This document shows, piece after piece, positions 1-12,867 of a stretch of 64,000 bases of DNA (its first letter is position 1; every line of letters starts with the position of its first letter). Origin of the DNA: Vitrella brassicaformis CCMP3155. Taxonomy: Eukaryota > Protista > Chromerida. Location: assembly GCA_001179505.1 (NCBI GenBank), contig CDMY01000013.1, positions 62,001 through 126,000 on the forward strand. Reading direction: 5' to 3'. A model generated the notes under the pieces. It was given only the letters and a program-made list of their open reading frames with translations, made no database searches and had not been told where the DNA came from. The position numbers were made by a program, and so were the translations under genes.

Positions 1-3000
1 CCATCTCAGCAGGACGCCGCACCGAAGCAGGAGACTGATAACGGCCCCATGGAAGCGCCGCCATCGGGTCACCAGGATGCCGCCGCAACCGCAGTGGTCG
101 ACGAGGGCAGTGGCGAGGCCGCCAAGGAAGAGAAGGACGATGAGGTCATGGTGGCCGAAGAGGAGGAAGCGTCGCCAGCAGCACAAAAGGAACCAAAGGA
201 CCAGAGCATCGCACCGCCGTCACCTGACGCACCCGCAAGCGCTGCCACAGGTGCGGCGGACCACCACGGCGGCGCCGTGAAGGAGGAGAAGCCATCTGAT
301 GGGGCGCAGGCAGGGCCGGGAGAAGCGTCGGCTGCGGCCATCGACCTCGAGCCCCCCACCCATCCCGCTGGTGCCGATGAGGAGTGCGAGGATGTGGAGG
401 ATGAGGACGAGTACGATGACGGTCCGTATGGCGCGGATGCGCTGCGGTGGGTGTGCCCCCACTGCCACATCTGCCGCTACTGCTGCGAACCACTGGAAGA
501 CGTTCCCGGACTAGAGCTGGCGGTATGCATGTATCCTAAGCAAGAGAGGCAAGGCAGTGGGGCGTCACATTCACATTCACATCACACGCGCATCACATCA
601 TCCGTGTGTCTGTGTGTCGTGTGTGTCATCCACCGTGGTTCGGTTTGAACAGACGTCTGGCGGCAAGGGCAAGAAGAAGCAGGAGAGCAAGAAGGTGGAC
701 GAGATCGAGAAGCATGTGGTGTGTTTCGGCTGCAACATGGCCGCTCACGGCGCATGCTGCCCCGGGACGGTTCCTGCGCTCACCGAGGGCTCGCAGTGGC
801 GGTGCGACGCGTGCCTCAAGTGCTCGTCGTGCGGCCGGCGTGAGAAGGATGAGACAAACTACGCCGCATGGGTCAACGACTTCAACGTCTGCGCGCCGTA
901 AGTCGAGTTGACACACATGCACTCACTGCACACAGCCAGGTCCCTTTCTGTCTGTCTGTCTGTCTGTCTGTTGTGTATCTATGCTTGTGTTGGCTGGTTT
1001 GGCGGCTGCATTCGTGACGTGAATGGAATACATTGCAGGTGTTTCAACAACAAGCGTGTGGGCAACTACTGCCTCATCTGCAACCGCATCTGGGTCGACG
1101 AGAGCGAGCCCGGCATCAGATGTGACGCCTGCAAGTGAGCCGAGCCGACACACACAGAGGGACGGGAGGGGCCCACAAGACAAGCCCCGCATCAATCCAA
1201 TCCGTTGCTGGCTGGCTGTCCATTGTCCATCAGGGGGTGGATCCACGCAGCATGTGGTGGCATCGATGCGGCTCAGCTGGCCGAGTACGAGCGCAACAAG
1301 AAGGCCGTCTACCGCTGCCCCGTGTGCAGCAGCAACGAGGACAGCGGCCGGTACCAGCGCATCGTCGAGGGCCTCCTGGACTTCGACAAGCTGGAGCTGT
1401 TTACCTCCCCTGTGGGCGGCGAGGTCCTCTCACTCTATGCCAGGGTCGTCCAGAACCCCATGGACCTGCTCACCATGAAGAAGCGGGTATCATATCAAGG
1501 GGAAGGAAGGAAGGCACCATCACGGACGATGGATGGGTATGGGACGGCCGCCTTTCTGTATGCTATGTGCAGGCGAAGAGCGGTCATTACAAGACGCTGA
1601 TGGATTTCCTGAACGACTTCGACCTCATCATCGGAAACGCTAAGGTCAATGCAATGCCTCACTCACACACAGCCAGGTTGCCGGTGCCACTCGTGTGTGT
1701 GTGATGTGATGTGATGTCTTGTGTGTTTCTGACCACCTGTCCTCTCGTCTTGCAGATCTTCAACATGCCCAACAGCCGGCCGTACAAGGAGGCGGAGCGG
1801 CTCGAGAAGCACGGCATCGCACTCATGCACGATATCCTGGGCGTCAAGGAGAAGGAGACCAAGCGCATGCTCGCCGCTAAGCGGGCCGCACCACCGGAGG
1901 TAGTCAACGGCAGCCAGCCCTCAGGCGCCAGCATCCATGAAGACGCTCTCCATGACGACACACCGGCATCCGCATGCGCGTAGGCAACACACAAGACACG
2001 ACTCCACCACACACACGATGGATGGATAAGGCTAACTACTAAGTCCATGTGTCATCGTGTGTGGCTGCGTCAGTCGTGATGAGTCGTTTGACCGCGAGAG
2101 TCCCTTCCACGGCGAGTCGGCAATCGGTGGCTTCTCTCGCCCGAGGCAGCGCATGGGGCGGAGCGAAGGCCCCAACCAGTTGCCAGAGGACGGATTGGAC
2201 GAGATGGGGGCCGACGGATGGAGCGGCGCAAGGTACGTGACTGACATCACACAAATGCAGCCAGAGCGAGCAGAAGATATCTATCTGTGCGTGGTGTCGT
2301 GTGTGCCTTTGCAGGGGGCTGGGGCGTCTGTCATTCGGTGAGGGTGCAGGCCGGTCACCTCGCGAATCCCTGGGGCCGAGAGGGGAGGAGACGCTGCCGC
2401 CGATCCACCAGATCTTCTGCCTACCCGATAACCAAGTACTCTTCCTGACGGTGAGCATACGACAGTCAATATAATGCAAACCATGACATTCCCGCTGCCT
2501 GCCATGCCATTCCATTGGTGTGTTGTGTGTTGTTTCTCTCTCGTGCCTACAGGACCCGAGCTCCGTGTTGCCCCTCAGCTTCCCATGCGGCTTCTGTTGG
2601 AGTCCGCTGCTGCTCGACCAGCTGCCCGTGACCGCCATCTACGGAGCAGCGCTGCTCGTGGCGGCACTGCTCTCACAGCCCGCCACGCACAACATGACTG
2701 ATGGCGACTTGATGGGCTCCGATCCCCCGTCCCTGGACCTGTCGCTGGCCCTCACCACCCTGGCCGACGCCGCTCGTCAGCAGTGGTCCTTCCGCCACCT
2801 GTGGCAGGACTGCTGCAGCCAGTGCGGCAGCTTCGCCTACCCCGAGTACCTCATCTACTGCGCCTCGTGCGGCGAGGCACAGCACTTCTACTGTGCCGGC
2901 CTGGACCGGTGCCCCGCCGACCCAATGCGGTACACCTTCCTCTGCTCCCTCTGCATGCAGTGCCCCACCTGCCACACCCACATGAGGGAGGGCAGGACGC

Positions 3001-6000
3001 CCCCCGATCCCAGGACCCTGCCTGTCCGCTGCACCTCCTGCGGCACATGTGCCCACCTGTGCTGCCTGTTCGAGCAGGAGCCGTCGGACCCCTCCCCTCC
3101 GCCCCAGCCCGCCACGCCGCGAGAATCCTTCGGATCGTCACGCGGCGAGAGGAGTCCGGGCACATCACCGTCGCCTGTGGGATCATCTGGATCGGCGGTG
3201 CCGATGCTGAGGCGGCCGTGGACGGAGGAGCAGAAGCGCAATCTCGTGGAGATGTTCAGCCTCTCGCGAGCGGGCCTGGTCCCCGACCCCATCCAGACCT
3301 TCATCGTTGCCCGCAAGGAGGGCTTCTCGCGACCCGAGGTGGAGGCCATGGCCAGGCTGCTGTTAGGGCCCTCACGTGCACCACCCAGGCAGCAAGGACG
3401 GCTTCAGCTGGTGGAGATAGGCACCCCAGCGCATCCACCGGTGCATCACCCCCCGTTGCCGATGATCAAGGCGGAGAGGCGTCTTCCCCACATCAAGCAG
3501 GAAGAGCATGACGGGGAGGATGAGCCACTCCGCGCTGCTGCTGACGCGGTACGCACTGCATGCAAGCCACACGCACCAATTCGCAGCCGGCACAATGACA
3601 CAGTCTGTCTGCTTGGGTGTGTCCTTCCTGCTCAGGTCAAGAGGCGTCGTGTAGAGTTGGGTCGTCCGGCAGCACCGGGCCCAATGCAGGTGTTGGGAGT
3701 GCTCGGACGACATGGGGGTCGAGTCCCCGTGCCACAAGTGTCCAGCCACAGTGTCGCCCAGCCACCGTTACTTCTACCCCTCCTGCCTCCATCGCGCCCT
3801 CAGGCCAGTCAGATGCCGGGCCTTCGTGAGCCGCCAGGTGACGAGGATGGCTCTGCCTCTGCGATGGACGTGGACGTCACTCCTGCCAGCGATGATGAAA
3901 GGAAGGGGCAGGACGGGACAGCCCAGGATGAGGCCCCCGATCCTGGTGCACCGTCGGAAGGCATGAATGCACAGCCCCAGCCGCAGCCACAGCCTATCCA
4001 TGTTGACGCAGAGCCTGCGGCAGACGACAGGAAGGAAGACCGCGTCCACAGAGAGGTCGACCCGAGCCCCGACAGCTCATGTCGAGAGCAACAGCAGATG
4101 CAGCAGGAGGATGGGGCATCCAGGGCTGCTGCAGCAGCAGCTGTGGCCACAGACGGTGGTCGGGAGAGCGAGTCGGCTGCCAAGGCATCAGCGGCATCCG
4201 CCCTGGTCAAGGAGAAGCAAGCCAAGAAGGACGCCCCCAAGCAACCACCGGAGCCTGTCCAGCGGCCGCGTCGCCAGGGGACGCAGAAGCAGCTCGACGA
4301 TGACTTTGTGGCGAGTTTCGACCTCAGAGTGCTCGAGGAGGAGCCTGAAGGCAAGAAGGGGCGAAAGCGCAAGCTGCAAGACGGCCCGGCCGCTGGCGGG
4401 TCTGCCCATTCCAGTCGGCGGCGGAGCGGTGGGGGGCAGGGAGGGAGATGGCGGCTCAAGTGGAAGTCGGGCCCAGGCACACTTGTGTGCGACAAGTGCG
4501 GCAAGGGAGAGGGGTGTTGCGAGTGGAATGACGTCTTCCATCGCAGACTCCCAACAGCCAAGCTTCTGCAGCCATACGTGCCGACAGCGCCCGCACTGTC
4601 CCCCGAGGCCAGTCCCGTCAATGCTGCGCCCGGTGGCATGGACGACGAGCCGATCGTGCCCCATCCGAATGACAGCCCAGCCAGCGGCTGTCGGCCCCCC
4701 TCTCAGCCCGCTTCACGAGCGCCATCCATGCCTTCGCCACCCGAGCTCCCTCCCTCAGAGGCCAGGCCCTCTGGTCCCGTCCCTCACCCGATTGCCAGCG
4801 GCCCGGAGGTCTTCCCCATCCCTTCCAGGCTGCCACTGCACCAGCCGCCGGGTCTTGGTGGCCCCCAACGACCCCCTGCCCCACGCCCACTGCCGACTGT
4901 TCATCCTGGGAGCGGTTCAAGTGCGGACCCCATCGACATCGACGTGGTAGAGGAGCCCTCACCTCCACCGAGGCCACCCACCAGACCAGTATACCACCCG
5001 GTGCCCGGGCATCCCCCGCCGCACGGTCCGAGGGTCAATCCGCTCGCCAGCTTGCTCTGGGCCACTCATCCAGAGAGCGAGGCGTCTGAGGCGTCAGTGA
5101 CGGGCATGAGGGCGGCCTTGTCTGACCTGCGTGAGGAGCTGGAGCCCTTCCGGCAGGCGGCACAGGCGCTGCACCGTGCCACCCAGTCTGGCCAGCAGCT
5201 GTATGAGGTGCTCATGGCCGCCGCGGGTGCGTCGATGTTCTTCAAAAAAATGAAGGGGCCCGACGGGGAGGCCAGGCGGAGCACAGCCGTGAGGAGGGTG
5301 CTGACCGACTCGATGAAGGAGGGGGTGTCCAGCCCCATCGCCAAGTACGGCCATCTGCTGGAGCGTTGGATCAAGAGCCACCCCATCAACTCCCTCCAGC
5401 GCAGGCAGCCAGGCCGCCGCAGCGGGGACGACTCCGACATGCCCAGTGTCGACCCCCGGGTGGCCGAGGACTTCAGCAACATGTTCAGACACCGCGACTT
5501 CGATATGGTGGCCAGGGTGCTCGAATCACACGGGGGGGAGGTCAGGAGGCGGGCCTCTGACAACTACGCCAAATGGGTGGCCAGCGGGGTGCCTGTCGAC
5601 GCGCCGTCCCTCCCCGACGACCCGACCGAGAGACGGTCCTTCCTGGCAGCCGGGACGGCGATTTGTTTCTCCGAATCGGGTGAGCGGCTGGATCAGTACC
5701 GCAAGGACTTCGGCAGGGAGCTGCGGCAGCGCAAGAAGGACGAGAAGGAGAGAGAGAAGAAGCAGATGGAGGAGAGGGCCAAAGAGAAGGAGAAGGCCGA
5801 CAAGAAAGCCAAGGAGGAGGCAGAGAAAAAGGCCAAGGAGGAGGCTGCCAAGATGCCAAAGGAGCAGCCGGCCAAGACACCGGAAGGCGATGCAAGCTCG
5901 AAGGGATCGGTCGTGGTGGCGGGCATGGCAGGCGCCATGGCCGACGAGCCCCTCGACAAGCCCATCGATCCGTCGCCGACCGACAAACCCAAGACCCCTC

Positions 6001-9000
6001 CACTTGCCGGTCCACCTCGGTCCCCATCGCCATCCTCCAGCTCTGACGTCAAGATGGCGGCCCCCAGCCCCAGCCCGCTACGGATAGTCGAGCGGATCGT
6101 CAATCCGTCACCCAAGGCGCCCCCTCCCTACCAGCCGCGGCCACGGCCCATCCCTTCTTCGTGGATCAACACACTGCAGGGCGTCCGTCCGAGCCCATTG
6201 GCTGCCTTCCCCCGCCCAATGGGCCATCCCTTCCCCATCTGCTCACCCGCAGCGGCAGCCGCTGCAGCACTCGCCGCTCAGAAGGCCGGAGCTGCCGCAC
6301 CGCAGTCACCGATGCGGCCCATGTCGGATGCCCAGCAGCGGCTTTTCTCCCTGCGCAATCCCTTCCCGATGCGGCCCCGTGTGCCGGTGCCGCAATTCCC
6401 CGTCCCCAAGTACCACTCGGCGAGCAGCCTCGCCGCACTGGGACTGCCCTACCTCACCACCAACTTGGCACCCAGCAAGGCGAAAGCGCCGAAGGTGCCA
6501 GCCGTGCCGAGGGCACCACGGAAGGAGAAAAGCGGACGGGACCTGGCGGTCTTGGACATCCAGAGGGCGGCGAGAGCGGTAAGCAGCAGATAGTGATAGT
6601 GAGTGGTGGTGTGGTGGATGGTCTATCTGTCGGCTGTGTTGCTTCGTTTCTACTTCTGCAGGAGCAAGGTTTCATCCAGACTGTTCTCCTCGACATCCGC
6701 CGGCGGTGCGACGATGGCGATGGCCTCCGTGCGGCCAACAGACCATCGGGGCAGGGACCCATGAGCCCGCTCCTAGCGCACCTGTCCCAGCTGCGGCAGA
6801 AGATGGCGAGGCAGAGCGAGCAGATGAAGCGCGACCTCATTGCCCGGTGCAGACACGATCTCCTTCATGTGGTCCGGAGTATGATCACCGGTGTGGGCGA
6901 CCCCATCAAGGGCCCGCAGGACGAGAGGGTGGTCCAGGATGACATGACCGATGAGACCGTTGCGGACCACGGCGCCCGCAGCTGCCTGCTCTGCGGCGAA
7001 TCATCAGACAGGTAGGTGAGGTGAACACAAATGGGATGGATGGTCTGTGCGCACTGGTCGACTTCTCCTTCTCCTTCCATTGTGCGCATCGCATCAGGTT
7101 GCTGCGGGGCGCTCTGTTGCCCCTTCCTTTCGACGAGGGCTGGGTGCACTCGGAGTGCCTGCTCTTCTCGTCCGTCCCGCGGCAGTGGGTATACCGACAT
7201 GAGGGCCTCAAGCCGCCAGCACCCAAGCCGCGGCAACAGGGCGGCAGCGGCGGAGGGCGGGGCAGCGGACAGGGCAGCAGAGGCCAGGCCAATCTGGCCA
7301 ACGAGACGCAACAGCTGGAGCAGCTGCATCAGGCCAAGAGACAACGCATGCTGCAGGTGGGCTGGGTTGGTCGATTGACAGAAACGAATCCAATGTGTGT
7401 CCCAGATGAATGAACATGAGGTCGTTTGGATCGGTCCATGTTCAGATCAAGAGTGAGGACATTCTTGCCCTAGCGAGGTCGCTCCCTGACCAGTACTGCG
7501 ACCTCTGTGGCCAGCCCGGTGCCTTCGTCAGGTGTGCTGACCCGGCGTGCAGTCACGTCCCGTCAGGAAAGGGCCTCTTCGCCGAGCCGCGACACCGCAT
7601 GTACCACTGGACATGCGCCATCGAGGCTCAGCCACACCACCAGATCAAAGGCCCCCCGCGGCACCCCACGGGAGAGGCCGATGCATCCAGAGCTGCCAAG
7701 GCCGCGGTGCCTGCCTCAGACCTGCACGCCAAGCTAGTGGAGGGCTTGGCCGGGGAGAAGGACACCGACACCCCGATGCACGATATCCCAATGGCCGCGA
7801 TGGCAGAGGAACCCTCAGGAGCGCCACCAGAGCAGCAAGAGCCACCGCCACCCATCCCCATGCCCATCCCCCGCATGCCTTTGTCGGACAGTCCAGTGAG
7901 CGTGCCGGCCCCGCCCCCGCCCTCCCCTCGGGCGCCCCTCGGTGTTCTGGTTGACTACGCCTGCCGCAAGGTGTGGTGTGCCGACTGCCGCGCACCCTTC
8001 CCTGACCCGGAGGTCCTGCGGCAGGTGGGGCAGAAGCCTCTTGCAGACATCATCGCCCGCCACGTGCTGCAGCGGCTCGTTATTGTCCGCACCAAGGGGC
8101 GGAGAGACGGCGAGAGAGCTTCGCTCGGCAGCCAGGCCGACGGGGCGGCGACCGGCATTGAGGACCAGACAGTGGAGAAGGTGCTGCAGCGCCAGATTGG
8201 CAAGCCGTCGGGTCTGGCCATGACCGAGGAGGTCGACCAGTTCCTCTCGAGTGCGGCGCTGGAAGAAGCCAAGGTGCTCAAGACCGGCCAGAAGCCACTC
8301 GCCGACGCAGCCACCATCCAGGAGCGGCTCAGGGGATCTGATCCAGACAACCTCTCACTGAGAGGCGGGGGGATCCTGTCCCGCATGGGAAGCATTGCTG
8401 TCCTCCGTGTGGGCTACTTGGACAGCTATGCGGGCGGCCGGTATGTGTACCCGATTGGGTTCATGAGCATCCGCCGCTTCTGGGAGGTGCATCCCTCATC
8501 CCGCCAGGCCGCCCCCCGCCGTGCATCCTACCTCTGCAGCATCACTCAACGAGACGGCAAACCTTACTTCGCCATCACTCGCCTGCCCGACCACCCTCAT
8601 GGTGGCAATACCAACGGCTCGGCCATGCCTGTCGTCGTGTGTGAGGGCTCCGAAATCGAGGGCGTCTTTCAGGTGCTCCTGGATAGGATTGGCCTGACGC
8701 ACGAGACACCAACAGACGAGGAGGCGGTCTCGCGTGCCAAGGGCAAAAGGAGAGGGCGGCCACCTTTACGGCCCGCCATCAAGGAGGCCGACGCCGGCAA
8801 CCGAGACGCGTCGATGGAGATCGGCGAGCCGGCGCCCGAGGCGGCTCAAGCCTCGGAGGCAGCCGAAGCTACAGCGGATCGCTCGAGGGATAGTGCGGCG
8901 GGCGAAGCCGCCCCTGTAGATCGCACGCAGCACGCCCCCATGGATGTGGTGGAGGGGCCGAAGGCCGCTTCTCAGCCGCCCGACAGCAGCCGGGACGACG

Positions 9001-9767
9001 TACACATCAAGACCGAAGAGGGTGCGGAGGCCCCTGTGGGTGGGGCATCGGTACCACCCGAGGAGCCGCCTAGTGTTGCTGAGAGGGTGGCATGTCGCAT
9101 GCGTGCTGAGACCTTCTTCGGTCTCGACGCCCCCCTGGTAGTTGAGGCGTTGAAGCGCAAGGTGAAGGAGACGATGCGGCGCCGCGTGCTGGAGACCATC
9201 CCGGCCCACCTGCTGGACGTGAGCCACTTCACACACCACCAACAGCTCAGATGGAGACGACTGCCCAGGCCACAGGTGCCTGTAGAGGTGAGTGACTGGT
9301 TGGGTGGCTGGGTACACTGACACGGCCGGGCCATATGGGAGGGAGCATTTTATTGCATTCATTCACTGTCTCATGTGTGGTTGTATGTGTTCAGTTGGGT
9401 GTTGTCACCGAGGACGTGACGGCTCCCGAGGAGGCGTCGCTGGTGCGCACCATTGCCCTGACCAAGCCGGCCACTGCCACGCAGCAGAAGATGGGTTTGC
9501 GGCGTCAGCGGAAAGTCGAAACCCAAAACAACGTGCCGCTCGCCATGCAGTACCGGTACAAACAAAGGGCACACCAACATAACAGAAGCCACTCGTTCGT
9601 CCTCATGAGCTCTTGTTGGTTGGTGTGTTCTCAGCATCTTGCAGCGGATGCCGCCCGAGAAGCGTCTGATGGTCCGCACCTCCAACATCCACGGCCTGGG
9701 GCTCTTCGCGACCGAACAGATCAACGGAGGAGACGTAAGAACCACAACACAACACACCACACACGAC

Positions 9768-9804
<37 letters not shown>

Positions 9805-10640
9805 GGATGGATAACCTGACCACATGGGCTCACGCACTGCACTCTCTGGATTGTCTGTCTGTCTGTCGCCATATTATCGATAACTCAATCATCAGATGGT
9901 GGTGGAGTACATGGGTGATGTGATCCGCAACGCCGTGGCCGACAAACGGGAGAAGATATACGAGCTGGAACTCGGCAGTGAGGGCGCCTGCTACATGTTC
10001 AAGTAGGTGACACACGTGACACAGACAGCACAGGCAGGCAGACAGGCAGACCCTCTCCCTCCCCACCCTCACAGGTATCGATCGCATCGCTTTATGTCAT
10101 GTGTTGTTATGGTATGCGTGTGGTCTGTCAGGTTGGACGATGAGTTGGTGGTCGACGCCACTCGGTGCGGCAACGTGGCCAGATTCATCAACCACTGCTG
10201 CGAGGTACCTACGTACCTGTCGTGTACACTCGATGATCGACACGAACCTGTCTGTCTGTCTGGATGTCTTCTTCTACGCATCGGTCGGTCGCTTGTCCAT
10301 TAATTATTGCAATGCAGCCCAACTGCATCTGCAAGATCATGGTGTGCGATGCCGGGCAGAAGCACATCATGATCATCGCCAAGCGGGACATCGTCCCCTT
10401 TGAGGAAATCACATACGACTACAAGGTGTGTAACCAACCAAAGCCGCACGCACAGACACTCACTAGTTAGTGTACATGGCACGGGAAGAGCGGACACCCT
10501 CTCCCCTCCCCTCCCCTCCCCTCCCCTCCCTCTGTTTGGTGTGGTGTGGTGTGTGTTGTCTTGTTGGCGTCAGTTCAACGTTGAGAGCGAGAAGATCATG
10601 TGCCGCTGCGGTGCACCCAACTGCCTGGGACGAATGAACT
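1..10640 (+). CDS. Trithorax/MLL-like SET1-family histone H3K4 methyltransferase (PHD fingers, bromodomain, second PHD pair, extended PHD, FYRN, partial FYRC, SET, post-SET); multi-exon, 5' end lies upstream of the window
   Basis: Frame is open from base 1. Spliced PHD motifs: CFGCNMAAHGAC...WRCDACLKCSSC, WIHAAC...YRCPVC. Bromodomain: YARVVQNPMDLLTMKKR...FLNDFDLIIGNAK. PHD pair in ORF 2520-6593: CSQCGS...CASCGEAQHFYC. ePHD: WVHSEC, CDLCGQPGA...YHWTCA. FYRN: YVYPIGFMSIRRFW. SET exons: SNIHGLGLFA, MVVEYMGDVIR, ARFINHCCEPNC, EEITYDYK. Post-SET: CRCGAPNCLGRMN*. Confidence 0.95.
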
Positions 10641-11029
10641 GACTGACTGACCAGTCAGAGAGACGGTCACACTAGCTGGAAAGGATGGGTATGGGCCGCA
10701 GCGCTGGCTGGCTGTGCAGGGTAGCACACGTTGAAGAGGAGGGGTTGATGTGTAACATTCCGACGACTGCCTGGCTATATGCGTAGACGCGGCAGGCAGG
10801 CAGTGAGGGAGTGAGTGAGCTGGTGTCACTTTGTCGGGCTGGTCGGTTCGTGCGTGTGTGCACATTCCCTTAATTGTCGTTCATTGGATAATGAATGACA
10901 CTTACTTGCCTTTCCTGTCCGTCCAGACAGACACTATCCCAATGCATGCAATGCCCCACTGTATGTATGGTTGTACACCACGCCGTACAGTTCACGCAGT
11001 ACCCACCCAACTACCAACATAACATCCGC

Positions 11030-11329
11030 NNNNNNNNNNNNNNNNNNNNNNNNNNNNNNNNNNNNNNNNNNNNNNNNNNNNNNNNNNNNNNNNNNNNNNN
11101 NNNNNNNNNNNNNNNNNNNNNNNNNNNNNNNNNNNNNNNNNNNNNNNNNNNNNNNNNNNNNNNNNNNNNNNNNNNNNNNNNNNNNNNNNNNNNNNNNNNN
11201 NNNNNNNNNNNNNNNNNNNNNNNNNNNNNNNNNNNNNNNNNNNNNNNNNNNNNNNNNNNNNNNNNNNNNNNNNNNNNNNNNNNNNNNNNNNNNNNNNNNN
11301 NNNNNNNNNNNNNNNNNNNNNNNNNNNNN
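11030..11329. other. Assembly gap (300 N)
   Basis: Run of N bases. Confidence 1.
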
Positions 11330-11499
11330 TCCCTCTCTCTCTCATACACACACACCCCAGCCCGCCCATCCGCTCCTTTGTCAGCTACTCTGTGTCACGC
11401 ACACAATAGGGACCTCTGTAGTCCCATAACATGAAACATGCTCAGCCCACACCATCTGAATCCAGAGCGAGTGACGCTTCCACTTGGTCCAGCAGTAGA

Positions 11500-12695
11500 T
11501 CATCGCTGTCCGCACACCACATCGATGCGCCTGACCTGCAGGCACATACCCACAACAAAGGGCCACGCATCAGCAACCGTCGCCAAACTAGCAGCCTCTT
11601 GGTTTCTCACTTGACGATGTGTTTGAGCCGCTGCCTCCGCTCCAACAGTGCCTGCAGACGATACGAGTCGTCCTGGCCGTCTGCTGCCACCACCGGATAA
11701 CCCAACAGGCTGCCGGCATGGTGGGCGCGACACAACCACCTAACATGCAGTGCACCAACATCAATCACAGTGAGTGACATCCGAGCTCAAGGCAAGGAAG
11801 GCTCAGTCATCTGATCTCACTTTCTATTAACACACCTGTGTTTCTTCTTTGCTGCGTCCGCGTCTTCCGGAGGGATGAGGCGCCTGAGTTGCTCTAAGGC
11901 CTCCTCCGCACCTCTAGTCTTCCTCACAGCCCACCTTTGCTCCGCTCCACCCTCACTGTCACTGTCACTTCCACCTCCCACCCCTGCCTCCTTCGCCAAC
12001 CGCTCCAACACCGCCAGCAGCTGATACGACTCACCCAGCCTCAGCAGACCCTCACGATTGGCCCGCTGGGTGCGAGCCTGACGAAGGAGGAAGTCGACGT
12101 ACGCCGCGGTGCCCTGCTGCTTGAGAGCCGCCTGGTCCAACATGCCGTGTGAGGAAGAGGCATCGCATGGCGAATCACGACACGTGTCTAGCACGTGGCT
12201 GAGGTGGTCGGCAATGTGTCGACTGATCTCGGGCGCCTTGGGCACTCGCAGCCGGTCGTTGAGGCGGACATACTCGTAGGGCGTGATGCCCACACCAGCA
12301 CCAGCCACCTCTTTCGGCCTCGCACCCTGCTGGACGCCCCTGCGGTCCAGAAAGCGCCTAGCAGACCGACCGAGCGTCTTGGCTGCGTCTTGCATGCGCC
12401 TCGCCTGAACGAGTCTTGCGAATCTCTTGCGCTGCAGAGCCCCTCTCCATGACGCCTGCAGACGGACCGCTGCCTCGCGCTGCGACAGCTCTGCATGCAG
12501 AAGGATCTTGCGAGGCGGCAGAGTTCTCAGGTAGGTGAGCTCCTGCTGCTTCTTGTGTAGGTCGGCTGCGATGCGCTGGCGTCGCTGGAGGAGGGCTGCG
12601 ATGCGCTGATGGCGCTTCTTGCCTCTCCACCATCGCTGAAGCTTCACTGCTGAATGGAACTGAGCCGAGGCGGCATTGGACACAATCGACGGCAT
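11500..12695 (-). CDS. IQ calmodulin-binding motif protein with coiled-coil segments
   Basis: ORF 11817-12695 carries IQ-like motifs AVKLQRWWRGKKRHQR and AVRLQASWRGALQRKRF. Two short 3' exons (about 11612-11652 and 11500-11540) have canonical splice signals. Confidence 0.75.
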
Positions 12696-12867
12696 GAAAC
12701 GGTGAAGGATAGCTGAGTGAGGGACGACGCCGTAACAATTGCCGCGACGGATAGGGGCAGGACGGTTTTACGGAGCAGAGTTGTGGGATGCGTCAGGGAG
12801 GCGGCATGACGACCTCCTTCTTCACTGGCTGAGTAGCTGTTGATTGGAGTGATCATCGCTGGACGCC
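12696..12867. promoter_or_regulatory. Putative bidirectional promoter (IQ protein / Myb protein)
   Basis: About 170 bp between divergent ATGs. No specific motif identified. Confidence 0.4.

Noticed and set aside
2520-6593. 1357-aa ORF as a stand-alone gene
   Set aside because: It is an internal exon block of the SET1 gene, joined in phase on both sides and containing an in-frame intron (about 3549-3636).
10895-11434. ORFs spanning the first N gap (and likewise 28546-29638)
   Set aside because: Artefacts of X translation across assembly gaps.
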